64,000 nucleotides of DNA from the human T2T-CHM13v2.0 reference genome, Homo sapiens: NCBI RefSeq assembly GCF_009914755.1, contig NC_060929.1, one strand, 5' to 3'. A program made the position numbers and the translations under genes. Of the stretch, positions 42,740-56,799 are shown in pieces (positions within the stretch are counted from its first letter, which is position 1; each line of letters begins with the position of its first letter). The notes beneath the pieces are model-generated. The model saw nothing but the letters and a program-made list of their open reading frames with translations. It had not been told where the DNA came from and searched no databases.

Positions 42740-45280
42740 CATTCAGTGGACTATTGATGTCTTCCATTCTCTCTCTCTCTCCCTCTTAAGAGGTAATTAT
42801 GACTTTAAATCTGTATGTGTTCTCCTTATCCATATTTTTATACATTTGATGTATTTATTGGTATCCAATAAATACATTTGCATTTTTATGACATTATAAA
42901 AATGATATAATACATGAATTGTTTCATACTTCCTTTATTGACTCTATGCTCTTGTTAATTATCTAAAATACATGTAAATATGTCCATGTATTTCTAGTTT
43001 GTACTTATGTCTACTTTATCATTTGTATGGTATTTCTTTCCTTATTGTGATATGTATTTCAATATTCCCCTTTCGAAGATCACTTATGCAGTTTCTTTTT
43101 TTGCCTATTAAAACATATCTCTGAAAAAAACCCATCAACAGTTGTGTATTCTAGTGATAGGTCTTCAGAACTGAAATTAGTATACAAGGGAGATGCGTAT
43201 CTTCTATTGTACCAGATAATATAATAATAATATTCTAAGTGGTTATAACAGATGACATGGTTAGCAGAAAACTAATATCATTTCATTTTCTACATTTAGA
43301 CAAAAACTAAAAAAAAAAACCAAAAATTTGAATTGAGCCAATAGAAATTGTGAAATATATGTTATATTTGTTCCATAATTTCTTTTGATTTATTACAAGT
43401 GACATTAAACATTTTTTCCTATGTTTATTGTCTGATTTAGGTTAACTTTGAGTTAACCATCCATCTAATTTTCCCTTTCTGTTGTGCTGTCTAAATGTAT
43501 TTATGGATTTAAAATATTTATATATCTTGGATACTGATGATTACATGTCTGCAAATATAGCTTCATACGCTCTCACTTATCTTTTAACTTCATGCAGTTG
43601 TATTTTACCATGCAAAATTTGAAAGCATTCATTTTATCAAAATTCTTTATTATTTATTAGGTTGGGTTGTCTGTAACTTGTGTTATTATTCTACTGCAAA
43701 TAAAATAACTACATTACTGTTATTTATCCTAGATTTTTTTCTATTTATTTTTATGTCTTTTTATCTATCTGGAATATATATATTTTTTGTGCATGGTGTA
43801 TCATTGAAATCTAACTGTATCTCTCTATATATGTATACATGTGTGTACATATATACATATATATTTATACACTCACATATATACACATATGTCTTTTTCT
43901 AAAAAATGGAGATGTCTTGCTCTAGAATTACATATCGTTTAGCTTATTATTTATTCCATTGATTTTATAATGTCACTTCTATTGCATGGCAATATTTATA
44001 TAATCATTAGCCTGTAGCTTGTATCTCTATGCTATTCCAGTTTTCTTTTGTCACCTTCAGATAATAAGCCATTAACATGACTTACTGTAGTACAGGTGCA
44101 TTTCTTTTAGTATTTTCTTTCTTCAACTTTTAAAATTTAGTTTTTATAAAACTCTGTTTTGTATGAGTTTTAAAAAGAATGTAACAAGTTTATTTACAAA
44201 ATGTGTATATTTACTAGTAATCCACTTAGAAATAGATAAATTGATAGTTTTACCTATTCCTTATATATTTCAAAAATTAATTTTAGTTTAATGTAATACC
44301 TTAATAGAAGAAAATATATCAAAATATGTTTATAAATTCAAGGTAAGGATGAATCCCTAGAGCAAGTCCCAATAAGCAAAATCTATAAAATTAAACTTCT
44401 AATAAATTTGATTGTAACAAAAATTAAATAAAAAGCAACAAGCAACTGCAGTATGCTTAAATATTCTTATAACAAAGTACAATTTTATACGTGATTCTGA
44501 AAGAATCCATTTTCAAATAGATATAATAGACAAAGGATAAGTTGTCAAAAAATATTGAAAAATGCCTCTAATTGATTAGATCAGGTCAAAAAAGTTGATT
44601 AAAATATTGGAACAATATAGACATGAAACTGAAAATAAATGAATATTTGAAAAGATACTCTAACTCACTAATCAGGGTAGTGAAGATTTACCCAACCAAA
44701 ATACCATTCGTTTTGGCAACCTAGAAAAATACACTCATTTTGGGCTGGGCCTGGTGGCTCACGTCTGTAATGCCAGCACTTTGGGAGGACGAGGCAGGCG
44801 AATCACGTGGTCAGGAGATTGAGACCATCCTGGCTAACATGGTGAAACGCCGTCTTTACTAAAAATACAAAAATTAGCCGGGCGTGGTGGCGCACGCCTG
44901 TAGTCCCAGCTACTCAGGAGGCTGAGGCAGGAGAACCGTTTGAACTCGGGAGGCAACGGTTCCAGTGAGCCGAGATTGTGCCACTGCACTCCAGCCTGGT
45001 GACACAGCGAGACTCCATCTCAAAAAAAAAAAAAAAAAAGCATTTTGTTTGGAGTTCAGCTTGTGTAGCTATTTTAAGAAGAAATTAGATATTTGTAATG
45101 AATTAAAAATCTACATGACTATTTCCTATTAACTTCACTTCTTGACAAGTATCAAAGAGAAAGATGTGCACATAAGCACAAGTGACATACACAAGGAAAA
45201 CATATCCAACTTTGTTTTCCTAGTGGAAAATAAAAACATTTTTATTATTCATCTCAACTATATAACACTTTGCAAGAATA
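42740..45280. mobile_element. Old L1ME-like fragments (minus to ~44200, plus thereafter), with (TA)n at ~43820-43890
   Basis: T-rich then A-rich degenerate ORF2 3' motifs (atatcttggatact...gcaaatat; tttgaaaagatactctaactcactaatcagg). Confidence 0.55.
44744..45039 (+). mobile_element. AluSc-like SINE
   Basis: Full dimer; gagaccatcctggctaacatgg and shortened cagcctggtgaca diagnostics; poly-A. Confidence 0.93.
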
Positions 45281-45620
45281 TAATACAGATTGGTTTCCTC
45301 TTAGCTTTTCCCTAAGTCAACTTTTGCAAAGAAACCTCCCAGTCAGGTTACAAACCCATTCCCTTACCTGCTCCTCTTCCTGAGAAAAAACTTCAACCAT
45401 CATGACCCAACATTATCATAAATGTCTTTCCTTCATTTTTTTGCTTCTCTTTTTTTACTGCTGCTAGGTCAGTGAGGCTGGCTGCATTCTCACATGTAGT
45501 ATACAGAAAATATTTCTGAGTGCTTCCTTTGAAGGTATGAACTTTTCCACAAAAGGGAGTCAAGGCATACATTTTATCAGATATCCAAACCACGTCCTCC
45601 CAATTTGCTAAAGAATTGTT

Positions 45621-45866
45621 GACCAGCCTGACCAACATGGAGAAACCCCATCTCTACTAAAAATACAAAATTAGCCGGGCATGGTGACGCATGCCTGCAA
45701 TCCCAGCTACTCGGGAGGCTGAGGCAGGAGAATCGCTTGAACCTGGGAGGCGGAGGTTGCGGTGAGCCCAGATTGCACCATTCCACTCCTGGGCAACAAG
45801 AGTGAACTCTGTCTCAAAAAAAACAAACAAACAAAACAAAAAACAAAACAAAACAAAACAAAAAAC
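45621..45866 (+). mobile_element. AluSp SINE, 5'-truncated, with (CAAAA)n tail
   Basis: cctgaccaacatggagaaacccc, gttgcggtgagc and gggcaacaagag diagnostics. Confidence 0.92.
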
Positions 45867-46319
45867 GAAGTGTTTACTGTGTTCTTGATTTCTTGAGCAT
45901 GTGAGCCTTAGTAGGCGCGAATGCTTTGCTTGCCCTTTAATTATCAGTTTCCTGTCTTTATACACAATTAGATCCACAAGAATATATTCCAAATATATAT
46001 GTCTAAATTCAGTTTGATTTACTCACACACTTTTGAAAATAGAATTGAAAGTAGTTGTCATTGTATCACTTAGGTATCAACTGCAGGCAGCAATTCTCCA
46101 TAATTCATCCTGGCCAAAGGCAAGATCCCCTTTCCTCAACATGCCCTTATTTATTCTGTGGAGGAATATTCCTGTGCTCCTCCTTTTCAGCACCATTATC
46201 ATTTCACAATATTTTATCTCTTCTTGATTGTGAGAGTGGCACAGAAGGCAAAATACAGCAGGGTATTTTTTCAGTATTCTGGTTCTCCCATAATATTTCA
46301 GGCAATGGCATAATTGTAC

Positions 46320-46669
46320 TTCTGGTTCTCTTTGAGATTGGTTTTGGCTATGTTGCTAGTTTTGGCTGATGGGCTGGAAGGGAAAGAGAGAAATGCACCA
46401 CTTCTGGGATGATGTATATAATGCTGAAGTAAGATCCTCTAGAAATCTCTTTGCCTCTGCTATGTTTCGTGAACAATGTTCTAGATTGTTGGCTGATCCA
46501 TAAGCCTGGGTCCTAGAATGAGGTCAACCACAATGTGAGAGCAGAGCCTCAGATTACCTTTCAAAATTATGATGTGAGTGAGAAATAAACCTCTGATGTT
46601 TAAAGCCACTTTAGTTGGGTTTAGTTTGTTCATGTGTATAACCCTAGCCTATATATTCTTACTGATACA
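46320..46669 (+). mobile_element. MLT1J-like LTR
   Basis: agcctgggtcctagaatgag...gtgagtgagaaataaacctctgatgttttaaagccact...actgataca terminus. Confidence 0.7.
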
Positions 46670-47469
46670 CAGACTATGCTTTTAGTTCACAATCTCTTGC
46701 TTTTAAGTTAAAACATACTTTAAAAATTGTCACCTCCTTTGAATGTTTTGTGACAGTCTTCCAAATTTCTAGATTTTGAGACAATTTGAAATCAAGGTTT
46801 CTCTAGTAATTTTTCTAGTTCTGGAGTTTAATTTCACAACACTTTTGAACACACTAGATTCTATATGAGTTCATTAAGCTCTCTCCACAATTTAAATGAG
46901 TAAAAAAATCAATTTTGTTGCTTCAAGAACCAGGCATGAAAATAAATAAAGGGAGAACAAGTGACATCTTGATAGGACTTTCTACCTGCCAAATTTCTAT
47001 CTTGTAAGTCATGCAAATGTTCCCTTTTTTTCAATCTTCAAACTTATCTTGTTGAGCTATTATTAACAACACCTGTGTATGCATTCTCACACAAACATTC
47101 ATACACACACACACATACACACTCATAGCTTAACTTATTAAGAAGATTTAGGTAGGACATGTCAGCATCTCAGCAAACTTTGTCACTAATGCTCCCTTTT
47201 AATCCAGGAAGTCATGGTTTCTGCTAAGTTTAAAAACTGACTGTATAACTCATTAATACTCTTCCAAATATATCTGCATATTTACATTTCTGAAACTTAA
47301 AAGCAAATAATTTATCCCTTAGTTTAGGCTTGCATTCTCCATCAGCTTTTCATTGAGAAAATAAGTTCTGATTTTGGAATTGGAAATGCAGGTTAGGACA
47401 TTAAAGGCAACAAGTCAATGATGACAGCATTAAGGAAAGTGAGGTTTTATTCCTTTTTAATCTGCAGTT

Positions 47470-47695
47470 AACACATTGAGCACTAACTCTGTGAATGGGC
47501 CTAAAATATGCTGTCTTTTCTAAAACTCTCTCACCATTTACCCCAGGAGGTAGGTATTGTCAACCCATCTCACAGATGAGGGACTTGAGACTTGGAGCTT
47601 AAGAAGTCTCAGGATCAATGAGGTGGCCAATCCAGGTCTCGAATACAAGACATGCTCACTGTAGGGCCCACCCTCTGTCCCTTATGCTATGCTGC
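47470..47695 (-). mobile_element. MIR (MIRb-like)
   Basis: cattgagcactaactctgtg...aggtaggtattgtcaacccatctcacagatgagggacttgagactt...ttatgctatgctgc. Confidence 0.75.
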
Positions 47696-48899
47696 ACACA
47701 TTGTTCTCTTTTTGTTGACACTCTTTATGGGCTTTTCTGGTGGTCTAGGTCATGAGACCTAATCAAGACCAACATAGACAACAACAAAAAACTTAGATCG
47801 TCATCTCCCAAGAGAACAAAGTGTCAATTTTTGAGTCCTTCCAATAAAATGGTGAACAGAAAAAAAAATAAAAACACAGAAGAGAATCACTACACCTGCT
47901 ACATAATTGAAGATTTTAAGTACTGAGGGTTTTTGTTCCCTGCTATGAAATAATTAGTTTATTTAAACACAAAGATACAGAATACTTATCTGGAAATAAA
48001 AAAATAAAATACTTTGATAATAACCTGGAGTGAATCCTTTCTTGAGTGATTCCCCTGAAATCTAGCAATTACAGTTTGAGTTTTCTGTTAATTTTCTCAA
48101 TGGGACAAGACAAGAGTTCAATAGAAATAAAATTTCTAATCTTAGGCAGTTCTTTGTGACTTATGAGATATCATGATCCCCAAAGTTTTTAAAGGAAAAC
48201 AAATACCTATGATTGAGCAAAAACTATTTTTAAAGCCTTCAAGGCAAAACCAATACGTGTTCATGGTTACATGGTAGAGAGCCTGTCAGAGAGTGTTTAA
48301 TGAAGAGCTAAAGAGTTCTGTGTCTTGGTTAGAGGGCATGCGATCTTTTCTTACATGATTATGATCTCATGTGCTGTGACTTTATTTTGTTTTGTGGATA
48401 TCCTAATCATAAAATATATAGCCATTTGTTATTTTTCTGGAGTCATGTAGTGCATTACAAATCATAGGATCTCAACAAGGAGAAGTTGAGATACCAATAG
48501 CCTGAAATATTTACAGTATGTATAAAAAACACATTTTAGAAGTTGAGGTATAAAGTATTGTCCATATAATAATGAAAGTATATGGATAAAAGGAGTCATG
48601 CAATACTTTCAAGTGCTGAACACCTTCTAGACTAAATAGTAGAAACTAAATAGATTCTACAAAGTGAGTTCTGAACTGGATGCATTTTCTGAACTTGCAG
48701 CACATGGAGCAAATATAAGGGAATTTAGCAAAGTAAGTAAGAATTTCACAATGCAGGGCCTTAGAAGGTAGAGCAAAAGGTTAAAATTTTACTCTGACAT
48801 TTTTGGGAAATCATCACCATAGTGTCAACATCTAATTGCCTCTGCTTGTATGTGGTAACAAGAGAAGAAGGAGGGAAATAAATTAAGTTCAATAAATTA

Positions 48900-49345
48900 T
48901 GGTTAAATTTTAAAATAAAAACTTTGGACAAATTCAATTTAATAGAGTTTATTTGAGCAAGGAAAAGAAAAACGATTCAGGAATCAGGTAGCTCTTAGAA
49001 TCACAGTAGATTCAGATAGACTCTGGAGCAACTGTGCAGCTGGAAAAAATTTATAAACTGAAAAAGATAAGTGATGACGGAAAGTGGAAGCGAAGTACAG
49101 AAACTGCCGGACTGGTTACATCTTTGCATTTGCCTTATTTGAACGTGGTTTGAAGAGTTGACCGTGGATGAGTGGTTGACATCTGACTACTGGGATAGGC
49201 TTAAACACAGCTATTGTTATCAAAGCATACCATTAAGCTCTGTTTTCAGATTGCCTACCTACTAAGTTAGAATACAGGTTATCCATAATGACTCACGTAT
49301 TTAAGTACAGAGGCTCTCTCAGGCCAGGTTTAATTCGATTTACCA
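48900..49345 (-). mobile_element. ERV1 solo LTR (MER57-like) inserted in an L2 remnant
   Basis: aatttaatagagtttatttgagcaa...gaagtacagaaac...ggactggttaca...gtacagaggctctctcaggccaggtttaattcgatttacca. Confidence 0.7.
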
Positions 49346-49950
49346 TAAGGTGCAGTGAGTCAGACAGTGTGATGACACATTGGGTTAGTGGTAATGGGAG
49401 TGAAGTAAAGTGATCAGATAAACTTAGGATATAGTTTTGACTTTAAAATGGCGTGATTTGCTGGTTGCATGAATGTGAAATATTGAGAAATACAGAGGAA
49501 TCGAATTGTCTCCTATATTTTAGTGTAAACTATTGAGCAATGTAGTTTTATGCAGAATGACAAGGAAAGCAGAGGGGGAGAATACATACTACGGGCAGAG
49601 AGCAGGAAGTCAAGTATTTGGTTTTGGAAATGATACTTTTGAGATGACTATGACATATTTAAGTGCTAATGTCCATGAGTTTGTTTAATGTTTAAATCAG
49701 GGATGCAGAACAGGAACAAGATACCAGCGTTATTGACAAAAGGCCTAGGAAGGAGGGAATAGACATTGAATTAGAAAAGCAGAGGGCTCAGGACTAAAAA
49801 CGCCAATACTGAGAGGTCATTTATAAAGAGAAAAGTCAATAATTTAAAGAAGAGAAGATTCCAAGGAGGAAAAGCAGAACACTTTTTCTTTGTTAGGAAG
49901 TTAGAGAAGGAGATTGCTTCAAGAAAGCAACAGGGAACTGGTCCAAATTA
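49346..49950 (-). mobile_element. L2 fragment (continues from ~48740-48899)
   Basis: gtggtaatgggagtgaagtaaagtgatcagat...ttttggaaatgatacttttgagatgactatgacatatttaagtg matches L2 minus-strand motifs. Confidence 0.6.
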
Positions 49951-50033
49951 TGTCACATTTTATAAATACATTATTTATAAAAACAAGTAAACAGAATCAT
50001 TTTCACTCTGCACTTTCTTAAAGTTTTACTGTA

Positions 50034-50394
50034 TGTATTAGTCCATTTTCATGCTGCTGATAAAGACATACCCAAGACTGGATAATTTATAAAGAAAACA
50101 AAGGTTAATGGACTCACAGTTCCACATGGCTGGGGAGGCCTCACAATCATGGCGGAAGAGCAAGGGATGTCATCTTACATGGCGGCAGGCAAGACAGCAT
50201 GAGAGCCAAGTGAAAGAAGAAACCTCTTATAAAACTATCAGATCTCGTGAGACTTATTCACTACCGAGAGAACAGTATGGAGGAAACCGCCCCTATGATT
50301 CTGTTGTCTCCTACCGGGTCCCACACAACACATGGGAATTATGGGAGCTAAATTCAAGCTGAGATTTGGGTGGGGATGCAGCCAAACCATATCA
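50034..50394 (-). mobile_element. Solo THE1B/C LTR
   Basis: tgtattagtccattttcatgctgctgataaagacatacccaagactgg...gagatttgggtggggatgcagccaaaccatatca; TSD ctgta/gtgta. Confidence 0.93.
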
Positions 50395-51039
50395 GTGTAT
50401 TAATAAAAGGTATACTAATATATGTATGTTAATATACTGTTTTACTATTTTCTAAATAAAAATTTAGAATGTAGCTTCAAAATTTTTCAACATGTTGTAC
50501 AGTAGAGGAATTCTATATCTTGGCCATATATGCTTCATTCTGAAGGAAGTGTTTGTTAGCATAAAGAAATTCATAAAGATATATTTATTTTAGGTTGGAG
50601 AATAAAGTGATGCAATCATGTTGATAAGTACCAAAATGCACTTAAGAAAAGTTGGAATACATTTCTGATTTTAGGAGAAAAAAACTACTAACCAATAAGA
50701 AATAGACACTTTAAAACCATAATGTAGGGTAACTATGTTCATACAATATATACAACAATATAGGTATGTATATTTATAATATAGTGAACTATATTCTCAA
50801 AAAAAGTTGAGAAACTAATGGGGGAAAGATATATCTATTGGTTAACAATTAGAAGACTCAATCAAGGAGAATACCTGAATTCTGTATTACTGCAGTATTC
50901 GTTATATATTCAATCAACACTTTAAATCCAAAAGAAAACTTCAATCAATTTACTTATATCTGTCTAAACTGTATTTATTACTCAGTCTGCATCCTAACAT
51001 GTCACTCAGAGAACACAGCAATAGTATACTAACTGGCAA

Positions 51040-51680
51040 TTTTCTTCAGCCTTGCTCCTCCCCAATTTATTAGCTGTACTTCAGGTAGAATTATGTAAAA
51101 ACACAAATTGGATCATGCCATTTCTACATGCTTCACCTTTCATTGAAGGTAGAATTCATACTTAGTATTCGAATTTACAAAGCCCTAGGTGATATCTACC
51201 CTGTCTACTCATAAAACCTCATCTTGCATCATCTTGCTTTCTTCTTGGTACTCAGTCTCTTCTCTACATCTTTTAAGTCATTTCAACTTCTCAAATTTTT
51301 AAATACAATTTTCGCTTTTATGCATACCACTTATTCTGCAAGCAGGTCCTCCATTCTTTGCACACACAGACATTTTGCCTGAGTGTATGCTACCTGCCTG
51401 TCATGCCTATGTTTGTTTTTATTGTTTCTGGAAAGGTACTTAAGAACTGTTAATTATGAGTTATATTTGCCTTTTTATATTCTGCTTCACATATAACTTT
51501 GTGCTTCCCCTATCATTACATAACCATGGCTTGTCATTATTACCTGCTAATTTTTCCATATCTCAATGAAACTACAAAGTTTATTGGAAGAGATACCATG
51601 ATAGCATTCTTCCTTGAATGCTTGAGTTTAGTGGAGGACTTTTCTCATATGATGATTAAATAAAGAAATAAATAAGTAAA
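51040..51680 (+). mobile_element. L2 3' end
   Basis: aaacacaaattggatcatgcca...tacaaagccctaggtgatat...ttgcctgagtg...; ends in (AATA)n-like tail. Confidence 0.65.
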
Positions 51681-52553
51681 ACACATTGTCTATGGAATTA
51701 TAAAAAATAATACTAAGTATGCATTTTGTGAATAAAATATTGAAGAATAGACTTTAATATCCTTATTTGAAATAAGTGCGATTGTCAACACAAGTCTCAG
51801 AGCTCTCAAATCTATTAGGGAATAATAAAAAAATGAAAATATGATTTTTCAATGAAAGAACACATGATATAAAGAACAGTAATTAAATAAAGAATATAAA
51901 TAAATCAAGATTGTTAGGGTAATGGATACACTAAATTTAGAAAAAATAAAATTGAATGGATTTTCTGGAGCAGAGACAAGAGCAATTCAAGAAAAGCAGC
52001 CATAAATCTAAGAAAAGACCGTGCAGATTTCGTTCAAGGAGCACAAACAAGTGAGTCTCTAAAAAATTCCAAGAAAAAATGAAGAAGAAAAATAAAGCAA
52101 GATGTGGAGGGGGGAGATCAAGTGGTCCCTTGTTGATGTGGTCAGGGTTGACATTTCATTTGAGTTTAACTGAAAGTTACTACCTACTCGTGAGCAGGTC
52201 GGAATCATGATGTAATTTTTATTTTTAAAAAGATCACTTGGGATGATGTGAGAAGATAACACAGAGCAAAGAGTTGGACCAATTAGGACCAACCTGTCAT
52301 TACTAAAATGTTGATAGTTTGCTGAGCATGTTTTCATGAGAAAGGACGTTTGATTTAAAAAAACAAACAAAAAACCATACTGCACTAAAAGATTAAATTT
52401 GGCATGCTTTAAACTTTACACCTGAGGGAAGTACTTCACCCTAAATCTGGCCCTGATAAAACGCAGCAGTTTTAATGATAGACCACATAATCTAAGCTGA
52501 TTAAAAAGGAACTTGAGGATGTTAGTGTATGAGTGACAGTGAGAATGCGGTAG

Positions 52554-53361
52554 GACCTTTCTCTCTGTCTGCCCTTAACATTTTTTCCTTCATTTCAACC
52601 TTGGTGAATCTGACGATTATGTGTCTTGGGGTTGCTCTTCTCGAGGAGTATCTTTGTGGTGTTCCCTGTATTTCCTGAATTTGAGTGTTTGCCTGTTTTG
52701 TTAGGTTGGGGAGGTTCTCCTGGATAATATCCTGAAGAGTGTTTTCCAACTTGGTTCCATTCTCTCCATCACTTTCAGGTACACCAATCAAATGTAGGTT
52801 TGGTCTTTTCACATAGTCCCATATTTCTTGGAGGCTTTGTTCCTTTCTTTCTTTTTTCTCTAATCTTCATGCTTTATTTCATTAAGCTGATCTTCAGTCT
52901 CTGATATCCTTTCTTCCACTTGATCGATTCAGCTATTGATACTTATGTATGCTTCATGAAGTTCTGCTGTTTTTCAGCTCAATCAGTTCATTTATGTTCT
53001 TCTGTAAACTGGTTATTCTAGCTACGCAGCCACAAAAAAGGATGAGTTCATGTCCTTTGCAGCAAACTAACACAGGAACAGAAAACCAAACACCGCATGT
53101 TCTCACGCATAAGTGGGAGTTGAACAATGAGAACACACAGACACAGGGAGGGGAACATCATACACTGGGGCCTGTCGGGAGGTGGGGGGCTGGGGGAAGG
53201 ATAGCATTAGGAGAAATACCTAATGTAGATGACGTGTTGATGGGTGCAGCAAACCGCCATGGCACGTGTATACCTATGTAACAAACCTGCGTGTTCTGCA
53301 TGTGTGTCCCAGAACTTAAAGTATAATTTTTAAAAAATTAAAAATAAATAAATAAATAAAA
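52554..53361. mobile_element. L1PA6/7-like element with 5' inversion: ORF1 segment on minus (52554-53023), 3' end on plus (53024-53361)
   Basis: ORF 52522-52812(-) is L1 ORF1p (KRPNLHLIGVPESDGENGTKLENTLQDIIQEN...); it abuts a plus-strand L1 3'UTR and A-rich tail. Confidence 0.9.
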
Positions 53362-53729
53362 TTTAAAGAGTGAAAAAAATAGATTGAATCTAAATGATGT
53401 GGTTGTGATTATTTAACATCTTTCTTCCTCTTAAATTTTTGCAATGACATGTATTATTTATATAAACAAATTTTTCAGTGTACTAGTAAATTAATTTACT
53501 TGATTCATTAAAAATGCATTTTTTTCTAAAAATTAATATAATCATTTAACAATACCAGGGTAATGACAAATTGAATAATTCTTTCAGTATATTTTTTCAT
53601 AAGTTGTTCACTAGAGGTGAATTAATTCAGAGATCGATATCTTAGTTCCAGATCTATTTCCACTTATTTAGCCATCTAGGTGTCATATAAAACAATGAAA
53701 GTAAAATTGACAAAGATCCCACCTGAATG

Positions 53730-53890
53730 AGTGCTTTCCTAAACTTAATAAGTTTACAAGTCACCTGAGGATCTTATCAAAATGAAAAACTGATTTATTA
53801 GATCTGGGAATGGGCCTGAAATTCTACACTTCTTACAGCCAACCTTGACCCAATGCTGTTGGCTTATGAACCACACTTTTATTACCATGT
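53730..53890. mobile_element. MER5-like hAT-Charlie MITE
   Basis: agtgctttcctaaactt...tcacctgaggatcttatcaaaatg...agatctgggaatgggcctgaaattctacacttct...gaaccacacttt. Confidence 0.7.
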
Positions 53891-54069
53891 CGCAAGATAA
53901 AAATTCTTCTGAGATCCTACTCTGGATTTGGAGACAATGTGTTTAGTTCTAAAGGAACAGGTGAAAGTTAACAGATAAATTTGACCAAACAAATTATATC
54001 AAACATTCATCTGCTAAGCTGAAAGTAGTCTAAATTTTGCTATAATTTTATGCACAGGAGATAGTGCTA

Positions 54070-54578
54070 TGTCCTGGACACCCCTTCTGCATCACTTATA
54101 AATAATTGGCCTCAATTTTCTCTTTTATTCCAAGCAGTCCAGTGACTAGTTTCATACACCTTCCTTTCATCTCCAACGTGAATTATGGCAGCACTTTGCC
54201 ACAGGAGGATTTTGTGCTCTTTGCTTCCATATTAAAGGATTCTCTGTTAATGCAGTGTGAGCTTCTGAGGGAGACTGTTCTGCACCATACTTATGAATCA
54301 ACAGAGTTAAAGCTCTAGAGGGTGAAGTTTTCTAGACAATAAGGAACAAGAGCCAGTAAACAAATAGTTTTCCCATTCTGTCTTGCGGTCATGGATCCAA
54401 CCAATAGTCACCCATAGCAGTGGGTCAAATTGAAGATGCATCCTTTATTGTATTCTCTTTCGTTCTTGCTTCTTTCCTCCAATTCTTATTCCCACCTCTG
54501 GGCCCACAGTTGTCAGTAAAAAGACTTGTAAACAAGGCTTTGCCTCTGTACTGCTTTCCGTTGAGCCCAGGCTAAGAG
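54070..54578 (+). mobile_element. ERVL solo LTR (LTR16-like)
   Basis: aagctctagagggtgaa...acccatagcagtgggtcaaattgaagatgcatcctttattg...aggctttgcctc...gagcccaggctaaga terminus. Confidence 0.65.
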
Positions 54579-55949
54579 GTTAAATGATTTAGTTTGTCCA
54601 GGATAAAAAGATTACTTATCTAGATTACTTCCCTACATGAACAGGGAAGATCAATATTTCTAAGGAAATTATGTCCAGATTAAAGAGTATTGCTTTATAT
54701 AGTAAATCCTTTTAAACACATGCCACCTTTAGTTAGTTACAAAATAAAAAAAAAAGTTGATTAGAATTACACTATTTCCTTAGACTTTTGGTTTTGGTGG
54801 CATTTTAAATTTAAAGCTCCTTACTACTTGTGACTCTTAACCGCCCTGACTTTGAGAAAAAATTTCTCTACCTAACATCTTTGAACATTTTAGTTTGCAT
54901 TTGCTTTGAGGTTTATTTTATATTTTCTGGCATCAAACTATCCCATTTTCTTATTATGCTGAGTCCCATTAGCATTTCACTTTAATTTATTATGTTTGAT
55001 AGCATTAATATTCTTTTTTTCATTGACTTGTTTTGATTGTAAATTTAGTTATACTGTAGGTGTAATAAAAGAAACAAATACAAAAACGAAGAAAAAATAA
55101 CATTACTGAATAATGTTTATATCTAGTTAGTATACACTGATAGGCATCTCCTTTATATTGATACCTGTGCAAAATGAAACCTTTTATATTTTCTTGATAA
55201 AATAGCTAGAATCTTCTTCAGAGTTATTTCCTGCTTTTGTTTTATTTTTATATGCTTCCATTACCCTTGTATACAAATTATTTCCTGGATTGCCAGTTCC
55301 TTGTTAACAATTTTCCAGATGACTGATTAAGAAGTTTCTACAGGTTTGAAGTTGCATCAGACTTTTCATGCAATTGGCTACCACCTTGTGATTTCCATGT
55401 ACTGCTGACACAAGATATTTCTTGCCATTAGTCTGTTTTTCCCCTTAGTTGTATACCAGACTTTGCATAGGTCATCTGTTTAAATCTATAAAATAAAATG
55501 TGAAATGTAGCATCTCAATAACTTTTCCCAGCTTTCATTAAGTAGCATCATTCATCATCTATAATGGCATCATTTTAAGTACTAAAACGCAACATATTCA
55601 AACAATGAACACATGAATAAAAACAAGAAATGATTTATTTGAAAATAAACTCTATTAAAAGCATGCAGTTAAAATGTTTAGCATAAACATTATGACCACT
55701 GCATAATCATAAACTTTTACTGAAATAAGTAACTATAGGTACTAAACTAAATTAAATTCAGTTTACTCATATATACTCACTCTGATATTTTTAAATATTA
55801 TTCTGGACTTGGTTATATATTCTGTCCTTAATGTTGAGAATGGCACAAACCTAGGCATCAACAATTATCTTTAGCTACCCTATGTTTTTATAGGGCATTT
55901 AAAAACTCTATCCATATTTATCTTCTAAGTGATTTAATTCAGGATCTGA

Positions 55950-56795
55950 ACTTAGTTGCCTGATGACCAAGAAACTAATTTATCATACCCTTAATATTAT
56001 TGTAGGATTGGTGATCTGAATTCCTCATAACAGCTAGAAAGTCTCACCTAAAATTAGCGTATTAACAAAATTCTCAATACGAGGAAATATCAAGAAAATT
56101 AAGAAAATCACAGAATTAGGGCATGCATTTTACATATGTCAAAAGAAAATGAAGAGATGGGATTACATGAAAGAATAAGAAAGTAAAGAACCATATATGT
56201 GGAAGTTTAACAATAATGTGTAGATAGAAAAAGGGATAAAATTGATTAAGTGAAACAATATTTATTACAATTAAAATAATTGTAGATGGAATAAGTTCTA
56301 GTCTTGAAAAATATGAGAAAGTTTAAATTATTTAGAGAATTCTCAAAAAACACAATTCAAATACCGAAGTGTTTAAAATATGTTAAAAATGTTAAATGAA
56401 ATAGAAAGCACATTTAACAGCTTGAGAAAACATCTAACAGGATTCCTAGAATGAGACACTAGAGGAAATTGTGAAGAAACTGGCATTTGAAGGGATAATA
56501 AAAGGAGGTACTTTCTTAGTGATAATTATTCAGGTGTGAAGAAAATAATGAATCCTCAGAAACAATGAGTTCTGAATACAAAGAGAAAATATAAAAATAA
56601 ATCCATATCTAGAGGGCAGGAAAATGTGGAATACTAAAAATGAAGAAAACTTGGTTAAAAATACTGAAGAAAAACATGGTGTTGTCCTCCAAAATGAATA
56701 ACAGACTAACAGTTCACTTGGTATTAGGGAAAATACAGTACAAAATAGAAGTATAAGTGCTGAAGGGAAACTGTGCTATATTACGTATCCCTACT
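55950..56795 (+). mobile_element. Old L1ME ORF1 / HAL1-like fragment
   Basis: A-rich; catctaacaggattcctagaa...atttgaagggataat...ataaatccatatctaga...acagactaacag motifs. Confidence 0.5.
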
Positions 56796-56799
56796 CAGC

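Noticed and set aside
52949-53281. 110-aa ORF spanning the L1 inversion junction
   Set aside because: Chance read-through of antisense ORF1 into L1 3' sequence; no promoter or splice evidence.
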